From: a virus
Lineage: Duplodnaviria > Caudoviricetes
Length of the DNA stretch: 61,680 nt
Virus record (IMG/VR): IMGVR_UViG_3300036830_000246
Location: 1 to 61,680 of that record
Strand: one strand, 5' to 3'
Shown here: positions 47,506 to 55,703 of the stretch, in pieces
Position numbering within the stretch: the first letter of the stretch is position 1
How the letters are laid out: the number at the start of each line of letters is the position of its first letter
Notes under the pieces: model-generated
What the model was told of the DNA's origin: nothing
What the model saw: only the letters and a program-made list of their open reading frames with translations
Database searches by the model: none
Position numbers and translations under genes: made by a program

Positions 47506-48030
47506 TTGCGCACCCTCTATTTCGACACGGCCACGAGCACGGGTTGGGCCTGTGGCGACGTAGGGGGTGAGCCCGTCTGGGGCTCGTTCGAACTTTTGCG
47601 GACGGGCGACGAAATTTACCCTTTCCTCCGATCTTTCAAGCTCCACATCGAGAAGCTGGTAGACGTCCATCGTCCTGAAAGACTTGCATTCGAGGAACCC
47701 TTGTTAGCTGCGAGCCGCGACAACGCAACTAAATTGCGCAAGCTTTATGGCCTGACGATCAAGGTCGAAGAGGTCGCGGGAGAAAGGAAATTACCATGCG
47801 TCGAATGTCCGGCCAGCGAGGTAAAGGCTCACTGGCTAGGGAAAAAGTATCCGCGCCAAAGCGACATATCGAAAATGATGATCCGGGTGGAAGCCCGGAA
47901 GCGCGGCTGGCAGATCAAGAACTCGGACGAGGCGGACGCGCTCGCGGGTCTCGACTATCTCCTGACGCTGGACGACCCGAATCACGCAATCAGAAAGATC
48001 CAGCAGATCGGCCCGTTGTTGCGCCGATAG
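47506..48030 (+). CDS. RuvC-like Holliday junction resolvase
   Basis: YFDTATSTGWA, LAFEEP, VKAHWLG, SDEADAL. Confidence 0.8.
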   Translation: MRTLYFDTATSTGWACGDVGGEPVWGSFELLRTGDEIYPFLRSFKLHIEKLVDVHRPERLAFEEPLLAASRDNATKLRKLYGLTIKVEEVAGERKLPCVECPASEVKAHWLGKKYPRQSDISKMMIRVEARKRGWQIKNSDEADALAGLDYLLTLDDPNHAIRKIQQIGPLLRR

Positions 48031-48244
48031 TCGGCAAGGGCTTTCGGCTGCGCAACGGGATCGACATCGTCGTAACGGGGCGCCAGCGCATGGTCGGGAC
48101 ATCCATCGCAACCCGCAAGCCCGTCGATCTCTTCTGGTTTTTCGGCAATGTCGTGGACACGGCGGAGCGCTTGACGTGGCACTATGACGGCACGTTCCAG
48201 GGCGGTGGCGATCCCCACCCTTTCGACATCGTGGCCGCACGCAG

Positions 48245-48877
48245 ATGAAAATCTCGTCCGATTATCGGGCTCTTCGCAAGATTTACGAGGGGTCCGATGG
48301 TGCGCTCACGCAGGCACTTTACGCCCATCTCTCGTCTCTCGGGGCGCCGGGCATCATCGCGGCGAACCTCTTCCGCGCCAGCAAGAACAGCCACAAGGCA
48401 AAGCTGTATCGCGGGAGCCCGTACCGCGGGATGGCATATGAACGCAAAGCTTGGGCGCTGCAAAACCTGACGAAAGAGCTCATGTCCTATGCCGCCCCGC
48501 TCGGGCTCCAATGGGGCTGGGGCGTGGACGAGGATTCACCATATTTCCAAGCCGTGCTGTACCTGGACTTGCCCACTGGGCAAGTTTCCCTGCACACGAA
48601 GACGCGCCTTTCGGGGCCCGAATACCTCCATCGTTGGGATGGGGAGAAAGGGCTCGGCGGCGTGCGTGTGTGTCGTTTCGTCGAAATGGTCATGGAGGGC
48701 CAAGATGTCAGAAGCAAACCCCGCAAACCCAACGAAGTCGCAAGTAGCTCGGGATCTCGCCACCTTGGCGCAGGACACGCGGGGCCTGGCCAAGACGGTG
48801 CTCAACTGTCTGACGCTCGACCCCGATGTGACCTCTTTGGCGACGTTACTCAAAACGACGTGCGCGGCCCTCGATAG
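48245..48877 (+). CDS. Conserved phage hypothetical protein
   Basis: VLYLDLPTGQVSLH...WDG. Confidence 0.7.
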   Translation: MKISSDYRALRKIYEGSDGALTQALYAHLSSLGAPGIIAANLFRASKNSHKAKLYRGSPYRGMAYERKAWALQNLTKELMSYAAPLGLQWGWGVDEDSPYFQAVLYLDLPTGQVSLHTKTRLSGPEYLHRWDGEKGLGGVRVCRFVEMVMEGQDVRSKPRKPNEVASSSGSRHLGAGHAGPGQDGAQLSDARPRCDLFGDVTQNDVRGPR

Positions 48878-48974
48878 TGCCGCTCGGGCGATCGAGGCCG
48901 CGTCGCGGCTTGTGGATGTCCAATACCGCGAATCCGCCGCCGTGAAAGAGGGGGCGGAATGCGCGCACCACTGA
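48705..48974 (+). CDS. Hypothetical protein
   Basis: GGAGG RBS before ATG 48705; overlaps the 3' end of the previous ORF. Confidence 0.5.
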   Translation: MSEANPANPTKSQVARDLATLAQDTRGLAKTVLNCLTLDPDVTSLATLLKTTCAALDSAARAIEAASRLVDVQYRESAAVKEGAECAHH

Positions 48975-49153
48975 GACGGAAGGCTTTCGACGAGATCGTG
49001 CAAGGCTGGGGCGGGGACGCGCTGCCCGATTTGCAAGCCCGGCTGGAGCTCGTGATGGAGTGGGCCGCTGGCCAAAGGCAGTCGTTCACCGCAGCGGAGT
49101 TCAAGATCGCGGAAGCGATGAAGGCCCGCGTGCGCGTGCTGGAAGGTGCGTAA
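48959..49153 (+). CDS. Hypothetical protein
   Basis: GAGGGG RBS; coupled ORF. Confidence 0.55.
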   Translation: MRAPLRRKAFDEIVQGWGGDALPDLQARLELVMEWAAGQRQSFTAAEFKIAEAMKARVRVLEGA

Positions 49154-49826
49154 TGTCCGCAAGCCACCGCTCGATGCCGTCATGGCTCTCCACTTGCCGC
49201 AGAAGCGCGGGAAGTGCCGGTGGTGCGGGAAGCCGACGGTTGAACGCACGGGCCACACGAAGGCGCTGCGGTGGTGGCACGCGGATTGTGAAGCGATCGT
49301 CCATGCGATCAGCCGGGCAGAGATCATGCGCGACCTCGTATTCGCACGCGATAAGGGGATTTGCGCCGTCTGCGGCGAAGATTGGAGCGAGCATTTCCGC
49401 CTCGTCCCGGAATATGTTCCGAAGTGGCGGAGCGGCGCGGAACAAGACGAACACGCAACGCGAGGCCCGGACGGGAAGCGCTTCGTCGTCCAACACTGGA
49501 CCGCTGAATACCAGGGCACGCCCCCGACGCTCGCGGGCCTTGTCGGGCGCTATCCTTGGGTGTCGCTCATCGCGATCAGCCTGTGGCACGTCGAGCATGT
49601 CGTTCCGCTGTGGAAGGTCGAGCACCTGCCGGCGGTCGACCGCATTCGCTACTTCATGCTTTCCAACCTGCAAACCGTCTGCGAGCCGTGCCACAAGCAC
49701 AAAAGCCGGAAAGAAACCGCGGAGCGCCATCACTATGTCCGCATGGGCGAAAAGCCCGTCGTCATGACATCCCGCTGGCCCAAGGGGCGCAAGCTGCGCT
49801 CGGGCCCTATGAGGAGGAAGAAATGA
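49146..49826 (+). CDS. HNH endonuclease
   Basis: CRWCG, RDKGICAVCG, EHVVPL, NLQTVCEPCHKHKS. Confidence 0.85.
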   Translation: MRNVRKPPLDAVMALHLPQKRGKCRWCGKPTVERTGHTKALRWWHADCEAIVHAISRAEIMRDLVFARDKGICAVCGEDWSEHFRLVPEYVPKWRSGAEQDEHATRGPDGKRFVVQHWTAEYQGTPPTLAGLVGRYPWVSLIAISLWHVEHVVPLWKVEHLPAVDRIRYFMLSNLQTVCEPCHKHKSRKETAERHHYVRMGEKPVVMTSRWPKGRKLRSGPMRRKK

Positions 49827-50098
49827 ATCTCAGCCCGGATCTGCCCCTCCAAGCGCAGGAGCTCGCGGACGTAATGCGTAACGCCGCGGTGGTATACCTC
49901 ACGGCGAAGAAGATCGAGACGCCCGAAGAGGGGGCATTGTTTTACGCCGCCTTCGCCATCCTCTTCCGCCACTATCTCGGCACCCTCGACGTCACGGGGC
50001 ATACCCGGCGGAGCCTGATCGACGCATGGGCGGAAACGACCAAGAAACACCTGGAGGACGAGGCGATCCCCGTCCCGCCGAAAGACGCGCTCAATTAA
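49823..50098 (+). CDS. Hypothetical protein
   Basis: ATGA overlap; GAGGA RBS. Confidence 0.6.
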   Translation: MNLSPDLPLQAQELADVMRNAAVVYLTAKKIETPEEGALFYAAFAILFRHYLGTLDVTGHTRRSLIDAWAETTKKHLEDEAIPVPPKDALN

Positions 50099-50109
50099 GG
50101 GGACGTGGC

Positions 50110-50340
50110 ATGAAGCGCGAATCGAAGTCGCAGCTGAAAATGTTCCAGGAAGGCGGCCGGGGCGCGCGCTTCCCCGAGGAGGAGTCCCTCCACGCGGCCG
50201 TTGTCTTCCTGCGCAAGGCCGGCGTGGCGATCGTGCGGCATTCCGGCAGCCAGTCGCGCGTCGGCCACGCGATCATGTCGAACCGCCAGCTCGTGCAATA
50301 CGCCCGGCGGGAAGGCTTCGCGTGGCCACGGAAATCCTGA
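50110..50340 (+). CDS. Hypothetical protein
   Basis: AAGGGG RBS. Confidence 0.55.
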   Translation: MKRESKSQLKMFQEGGRGARFPEEESLHAAVVFLRKAGVAIVRHSGSQSRVGHAIMSNRQLVQYARREGFAWPRKS

Positions 50341-50618
50341 AATCCTTCCAGCACAACGGCCGCCACACGTTCTACCGCGGGCCATTGCCGAGTGCGGTCT
50401 ATCCCGACATCTCCGCCGCTGCGCACTGGCCGCTCATCGAGCACGACAATTATTGGCGCTGGCTGCTTGGCGACCCCTGCTCGATCCATCTCCACAACGG
50501 TCTTGGTGCTCAGCGCGAGGGGGAGAGCCGCAGCGACGCAGAAGACAGGCGCCGGCGGGCAAAGGCCAAAGCGCAATTGAATGCCGAATATTACGCCGCA
50601 AAGAACATACGGCGTTAA
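50322..50618 (+). CDS. Hypothetical protein
   Basis: Coupled ORF ending just before an operator/promoter gap. Confidence 0.5.
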   Translation: MATEILKSFQHNGRHTFYRGPLPSAVYPDISAAAHWPLIEHDNYWRWLLGDPCSIHLHNGLGAQREGESRSDAEDRRRRAKAKAQLNAEYYAAKNIRR

Positions 50619-50622
50619 CCAA

Positions 50623-50641
50623 AATCGCTTTTTCGCTTTTC
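50623..50641. promoter_or_regulatory. Operator-like direct repeat AATCGCTTTTTCGCTTTTC
   Basis: The same motif recurs at 46823, 54663, 56751 and 59763, each in or at the edge of an intergenic gap. Confidence 0.6.
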
Positions 50642-50726
50642 AAAGTATTCGCGCCGTGCTTGTCTGCGCGCGCCCTCGGGAGGCCCGTGATGGTCACGGG
50701 CAGCGAGCGGACAAGGAGTCAATGCA

Positions 50727-51815
50727 ATGAAAACTGGTAAATCCATCATCGAACTCGCCCTCGAAATCCAGCGCCAGTCGGAGGTGAAGAAGGATTTCAT
50801 CGCCGATACCTCGCATATTCGGATGTTCGGCGGCGGGGACGTCGCGTTGGACCGCGGGGAAGAGGAGCCGATTCTTCTGGCTTGCAATTCCATCGCGCAC
50901 CGGCAAATCGGCGAATTCACTGGCATTCCCGTGCCTTATTACGATCGGATGCTGGCGGAACGCCCGGAATTGCTGGCGCAGAACGTCAACAGCTGGATGG
51001 GCTCGAAAGCGACGCGCCGTATGGTGCGCACGCTCGATGGCACGACCCGCGCGTTTCTGTCGGACAAATACCGTCCGCTGGAGAACACCGACCTCGCCGA
51101 GGCCGTGTTGCCGATCCTGGCCGAAGCGAAGATCGAAGTCCTGTCGTGCGAGATCACGGAGCGGCGCCTTTACATCAAGGGCGTGGACGCGCGGATCAAC
51201 GCCGATATACCGACGGGGAAAAACCGCATGGGCGACGGCTCTCATGTGATTTTCGACACCGTCTCGCCGGCGATCATTATCTCGAATTCCGAAGTCGGAA
51301 TGGGGTCGCTGTCGGTGGAAACCGCCATCTGGACGCGGGCTTGCACGAACATGGCGATTTTCGCGCAGAAGTCCCTGCGCAAGACCCACGTTGGCGCGCG
51401 CCTCGATCTGGGTGACGGCCTCCAGGAACTCTTGAGCGATCGCACGAAACGCATCACGGACGCGGCCGTGTGGTCTCAAGTGCAGGACGTGGTGCGGAGC
51501 GCCTTCGACGAAGCGCGCTTCAAGGCCATGGTGGCGCCCGTGGGCGAAATGGCGGCAAAGAAGATCACGGGCAATCCCGTGAAGGCCATCGAGCTCATGG
51601 GCAAGCGGCTGAACTTGACGGAGGGCGAGCGCGGGTCCGTGCTTCGCCACCTGATCGAAGGCGGCGATCTCTCGCAATATGGCGTGTTCAACGCCGTCAC
51701 GCGGACGGCCGAGGATTTGGCAGATTACGACCGCGCGACGGATTTCGAGCGCCTGGGCGGCCAGCTGATCGAGCTGCCCGCGAATGACTGGAAGCATATC
51801 GCGGAAGCTGCCTAG
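50727..51815 (+). CDS. DUF932/DUF945-family protein
   Basis: RAFLSDKYRPLEN, ISNSEVGMGS, RACTN, HVG, NAVTRTA. Confidence 0.85.
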   Translation: MKTGKSIIELALEIQRQSEVKKDFIADTSHIRMFGGGDVALDRGEEEPILLACNSIAHRQIGEFTGIPVPYYDRMLAERPELLAQNVNSWMGSKATRRMVRTLDGTTRAFLSDKYRPLENTDLAEAVLPILAEAKIEVLSCEITERRLYIKGVDARINADIPTGKNRMGDGSHVIFDTVSPAIIISNSEVGMGSLSVETAIWTRACTNMAIFAQKSLRKTHVGARLDLGDGLQELLSDRTKRITDAAVWSQVQDVVRSAFDEARFKAMVAPVGEMAAKKITGNPVKAIELMGKRLNLTEGERGSVLRHLIEGGDLSQYGVFNAVTRTAEDLADYDRATDFERLGGQLIELPANDWKHIAEAA

Positions 51816-51838
51816 CAGCCCTGGGGAGCTTTCGTGAG

Positions 51839-51882
51839 GAGGGGCGCGGTGATTTCAAAACCCCCCGCGCCCCTCTACTTTT
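51839..51882 (+). terminator. Rho-independent terminator
   Basis: GAGGGGCGCGG...CCGCGCCCCTC followed by TACTTTT. Confidence 0.6.
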
Positions 51883-51896
51883 AGCAGGAGGACGAC

Positions 51897-52229
51897 ATGA
51901 ACTCGCGCCACATCGGCAATCTCAAGCTTGCGGCCCTGTGCCTGTGCGTGCCGGGCGGTATCGTCCTCGGTGCCCATCTCGCCCACCGCGTCGCGCACCA
52001 TCTCGCCGCGCCCGTGCACCGCCCTGCACAAGTTTCCTGCCTCCCGCTCGCGCCGCTCGGCACCGCGCCCGTGGATGTTCTCCACGGAGCAGAGTTCACG
52101 CCTCCCACGGGCTCGTGGGTGACGGGCGGGGCTGCGGCTGGACCCACGGAGCCCGCGCCCGAACCGCCGCCGTGGGCGCTCTTCGTGGCCGCTCTGGCGG
52201 CTTTCGCCGTGTTCCGGGTGCGCCCATGA
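51897..52229 (+). CDS. Small exported protein with a PEP-CTERM sorting signal
   Basis: AGGAGG RBS; N-terminal hydrophobic segment; C-terminal APEPPPWALFVAALAAFAVFRVRP (PEP, TM, Arg). Confidence 0.7.
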   Translation: MNSRHIGNLKLAALCLCVPGGIVLGAHLAHRVAHHLAAPVHRPAQVSCLPLAPLGTAPVDVLHGAEFTPPTGSWVTGGAAAGPTEPAPEPPPWALFVAALAAFAVFRVRP

Positions 52230-52263
52230 CCAACACACCCATTACATCCGCAGGAGAGACGCC

Positions 52264-52896
52264 ATGAGCATAGAAATGGACGCGCGGGAAGCGCTGCTCG
52301 TGCTGCATCAGGCGATATTGCAGCTTTCTACGATCAAGAATGGTAAAACCCTATTCGAAGGCAGTCCGTCCGGCGATCAGGACTGTTACGAAGCGTGGGT
52401 GGCACTAGATAGCGCTCAGAAGCTTGCGAGTAAGGTGCTGGGAGATCGAAAGCCACTGAAGCTTTTGTTCACGGCAGAATGGCTTCGCAAGAAAATCGAG
52501 AACAGCCCGGACGAGGAAAACTGCGAGGCTGGCGTCCTTCACCCGGAAGCGCCAACCACAATCACCGAACCACCCCACATCAAACTTCTGCAAGCAGCGA
52601 AGGATTTAATAAAGTGTATTGACGGCGATCCCGTAAATGGACGTATCGACCTTGCACGAATCTCGGAAAAGCTTGTGCCAGACCTCCGCGCCGCCATCGA
52701 CGCCTATCTCACCGCCACCAGAAGCCAAGATGCGAGGGTGGAGGAGATACTGGCAACTCACGAGGCTTACGAAGCGTGGCGGCAAGAGTGCCACCCGGCA
52801 TCGCTAGGGCTGTATCGCTACCAACTTGAAATCCACAGACAGCGCGGCGTCCTCCTCGAAATCATTTCCACCCTCACGCATGGAGGAGGGAAGTGA
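52264..52896 (+). CDS. Hypothetical protein (lower-GC island)
   Basis: AGGAG RBS; 210 aa. Confidence 0.65.
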   Translation: MSIEMDAREALLVLHQAILQLSTIKNGKTLFEGSPSGDQDCYEAWVALDSAQKLASKVLGDRKPLKLLFTAEWLRKKIENSPDEENCEAGVLHPEAPTTITEPPHIKLLQAAKDLIKCIDGDPVNGRIDLARISEKLVPDLRAAIDAYLTATRSQDARVEEILATHEAYEAWRQECHPASLGLYRYQLEIHRQRGVLLEIISTLTHGGGK

Positions 52897-53603
52897 TGGC
52901 ACGGGATGGGAAGGTGCTCGATCTCTTTTCCTGCGTCGGGTGCCACGCGCTCGGGCTGTTCTCTGCCGGTGGCTTTGAAACCGTGGCTTTCTGCGAAAGC
53001 AATGCTTGGCGGCGACAGAAACTTGCTCGCAATTTCCCCGGAGTGCCCATCTTTGAAGACGTTCGCACAATCGATCCGCCCGCCGCTGACATCTGCTTTG
53101 GAGGGCCGCCCTGCCAGCGCACAAGCGTTGCTGCCGCTATCCACGGTTACCGCGACGGCGAAAGCCTCTGGCCCTTCATGCTCAAGGCAGGGCTCGCGGC
53201 GGGCGTCAATTTCTTTGTCGTGGAGCAGCCGCCCGGAAATGCGGCGTGGGAAGCCGAAGTCTCTAACGACCTTTCCAATGCTGGTTTCCACGTCGGACGA
53301 CTTAGCTTCTGCGCTGCGGACGTTGGTGCGCCTTATATTCGCCGGAGAGATTACATTCTTGCCTGCACCAGCTTGCCGAGACTGGAGGTCGCCTAGTCTG
53401 CGATCCCACAAGCGATTGAGCGAGCCAAGAGGGCAGCAGTTGCCCGAGGTGATTGGAACCCGGATTCCATCCCCGCTTTCGGAATGGCTACTTGGCGTTC
53501 CGAGCGGGTGGATAACAGGCGAGAATTGATTGAAGCGCTTGGTGACAGCAATCCGCCCGCGATGGCGGAAGTTATCGGGCATTGTTTAAGGGCCGCAGCA
53601 TGA
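52893..53603 (+). pseudogene. C5 cytosine DNA methyltransferase alpha chain with in-frame TAG at 53394-53396
   Basis: LDLFSCVG (I), GGPPCQ (IV), VEQ (VI), GAPYIRRR (VIII). The same frame resumes after the TAG and gives motif X IEALGDSNPPAMAEVIG, ending at TGA 53603. Confidence 0.75.
52906..53529 (+). CDS. C5 methyltransferase beta chain in the alternative (+1) frame
   Basis: Nested ORF ending LPAPACRDWRS...PSPLSEWLLGVPSGW (motif IX-like); true start uncertain. Confidence 0.6.
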   Translation: MGRCSISFPASGATRSGCSLPVALKPWLSAKAMLGGDRNLLAISPECPSLKTFAQSIRPPLTSALEGRPASAQALLPLSTVTATAKASGPSCSRQGSRRASISLSWSSRPEMRRGKPKSLTTFPMLVSTSDDLASALRTLVRLIFAGEITFLPAPACRDWRSPSLRSHKRLSEPRGQQLPEVIGTRIPSPLSEWLLGVPSGWITGEN

Positions 53604-53673
53604 CCAACACCCCATCACATACATCTCTGCGTTGGAGGGAGATGGACAGCGCGGAACTGCCCAAGCGTGAACT

Positions 53674-53895
53674 ATGAAAGCGAAGAAGCGCCCTTCCCGC
53701 ACGGCTACGGAACGGCGCTTGCGGCGCATCATTCGCCGCCTCTATGGCGCTCTCGACCGGCTGAGCGCTGAAATCGGCAAACCCGAGGAGGAATTCGACG
53801 AGCACGCGGCCATTCTCGCGGTCAATTCCGCGCGCGGGGTCGTGCACGCTTATCGCCGGTATCGGTTGAAACCAGAAAAGGAAACGCAACCATGA
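53674..53895 (+). CDS. Hypothetical protein
   Basis: Coupled to mucR by an ATGA overlap. Confidence 0.55.
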   Translation: MKAKKRPSRTATERRLRRIIRRLYGALDRLSAEIGKPEEEFDEHAAILAVNSARGVVHAYRRYRLKPEKETQP

Positions 53896-54344
53896 CGGAA
53901 AAAATCGACCCCACGCGCCTCGCGCTCATTGCCCAAGTGGCCGCGGCCTTCCTGGCGAACAATCCCCCGCCGGGCGGCATGGAAGGCATCCCAGCCCTCC
54001 TCGCCACCGTGCGCAACGGCCTCGATGCGCTCGAAGCCGGCCCGCTGGTAGAGGGCGCGCCCCTCACGATCCAGAAACCCGCCGTGCCAGTGAAGAAGTC
54101 CATCACCCCGGATTTCCTCATCTGCTTGGAGGATGGGAAGAAGCTGAAAATGCTCAAGCGCTACCTCTGGGCACGGTACGACATGAGGCCGGACGATTAC
54201 CGCGCCCGCTGGGGCCTCGCGCGCGATTACCCCATGGTCGCGCCCAACTACGCGATGAAGCGCTCGGAAGTCGCGAAGGCGATCGGCCTCGGCACCCACG
54301 CGAACACGAACAGAACCTTTGCGAAGGCGCGGGCGAAGAAGTAG
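53892..54344 (+). CDS. mucR: MucR/Ros family Zn-finger regulator
   Basis: PAVPVKKSITPDFLICLEDGKKLKMLKRYL...YRARWGL..DYPMVAPNY...RSEVAKAIGLG. Confidence 0.95.
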   Translation: MTEKIDPTRLALIAQVAAAFLANNPPPGGMEGIPALLATVRNGLDALEAGPLVEGAPLTIQKPAVPVKKSITPDFLICLEDGKKLKMLKRYLWARYDMRPDDYRARWGLARDYPMVAPNYAMKRSEVAKAIGLGTHANTNRTFAKARAKK

Positions 54345-54422
54345 CGTTCCCCCACCTCTCGACCCCGATGGGGAATATCCCTCACTGGGCATCGCGAGGC
54401 ATCCCGACTAACCCGAAACTCA

Positions 54423-54470
54423 GGCACGCGACCCGATCCCCACTCTGGCTCCGCGTGCCCCTCTTTCTTT
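54423..54470 (+). terminator. Possible terminator after mucR
   Basis: GGCACGCG...CGCGTGCC followed by CCTCTTTCTTT; the loop is large. Confidence 0.4.
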
Positions 54471-54833
54471 GCTCCAAATGGCAGAGGGGGGAACACACGA
54501 TTCCCCCGCGCGCGCATGCGTTCCCCCGCCTCCCTTCTCCCGCCTCGCGCGCAAATATCCACCCGCTCACACCCTCCTCCTCCCCATAGTCGCGGGAAAA
54601 TACAAATCTCTCGCTCCACGCGAGCGCGCGCGCGCGCATCCAGTAATCACAAACGACAGGCGAAATAGCGAAATAGCGATCACTACCGGCACGAGAAGCA
54701 ATGGGGGGCCGCGGCAAAGGGCAGATTTTCGTGTGCGCGGAAGGACTTGGCTCGAACGGGCACGCGGGCGCGCACGGAATATGCGGGGATTTATGCCACT
54801 GTAATTGCGGAAATAGGGCCGTAATTGTGGAGA

Positions 54834-55418
54834 CTACGCGGGGATGCGCAGCCGGGTCGTGTTCGCGTGGTCGACCGTTTGCTCGCGGTGGCGATCGCAG
54901 AAGGACGCGCGCCGACTGCCCGTCGCGCCGCCGCACACGATCATGACTTCGGTCTCGTGCGGCCCGCAATCGAACCGGCATTGGCCAGCCGTAGCGGAGA
55001 GAAGCGTCACGCCCGCCACCGTGGGCTCACGGAGGGGAAGATCGAAGTCCTTCGTCCGCACGATGGGTTTCGGGCCCTTGCGCGCATGGCTGCGCGGCCG
55101 GCCGGCCGTGGGCATGAGATTGGTGGAGCGCACCCAGCCGAGGCGCCGGATCTTGCCCAGAATGGCGTTGCGCGTGCGGCCGAGCTCGGCGGCGATCTGG
55201 CTGTACGTGTGGCCGGCGTCGAAGAGCTCTTTCATCCGCGGGAGCTCGCCGTCCTGGATGGGCTCGAAATTAGGGATCACGAGGCCGAACTTCCGCGCGC
55301 GGCCCTTGATGGAATTCAGCGGGCGCTGCATCGCGCGGGCGATCTGCGCGGCGGACATTCGATTTTGAATGTAGCCCTTGAGGGCCTCGTCATCGTTTTT
55401 CGTGAATGGCACGCGCAT
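54834..55418 (-). CDS. gcrA: GcrA-family cell-cycle regulator with tandem N-terminal HTH
   Basis: GHTYSQIAAELGRTRNAILGKIRRLG; C-terminal VTLL...QCRF...CG...FCDRH; an extra HTH SAAQIARAMQRPLNSIKGRARKFGL. Confidence 0.88.
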   Translation of the reverse strand: MRVPFTKNDDEALKGYIQNRMSAAQIARAMQRPLNSIKGRARKFGLVIPNFEPIQDGELPRMKELFDAGHTYSQIAAELGRTRNAILGKIRRLGWVRSTNLMPTAGRPRSHARKGPKPIVRTKDFDLPLREPTVAGVTLLSATAGQCRFDCGPHETEVMIVCGGATGSRRASFCDRHREQTVDHANTTRLRIPA

Positions 55419-55427
55419 TCTTCCCCC

Positions 55428-55703
55428 TCAACGATAAGCGCTCATGATCGTGTCCTTGTGGAGTTCGATCTCCATTAAGGCTTCCGCCGCCGTCAATTCG
55501 CTGTCGAGGGACCGCCGGTCGCAGAGGCCGGGATGATTCTCTTCGTCCGTCACGGCGTAAAGAAAAATCCACTTCGTGATGCCTTTGATCTCGCCCGCTT
55601 CCAGCTTCGTCACGAGCGCCTTGAGGGCCAAGGCGGCGTCGGGGCTGTAAAGCGTCGACGTGTCATTCAACGGCTTGCCCTGGAGGTCGACGATTTTCGT
55701 CAT
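55428..55703 (-). CDS. Hypothetical protein
   Basis: ATGA overlap start MTKIVDL. Confidence 0.6.
   Translation of the reverse strand: MTKIVDLQGKPLNDTSTLYSPDAALALKALVTKLEAGEIKGITKWIFLYAVTDEENHPGLCDRRSLDSELTAAEALMEIELHKDTIMSAYR

Noticed and set aside
47796-48248. ORF between the resolvase and 48245
   Set aside because: The 3' part may be a real small gene, but I could not place a start, so it is not listed as a feature.
53394-53396. Genome-wide amber recoding
   Set aside because: TAG ends many clearly bounded genes (for example at 10979, 16118, 38729 and 51815) and no suppressor tRNA is seen.
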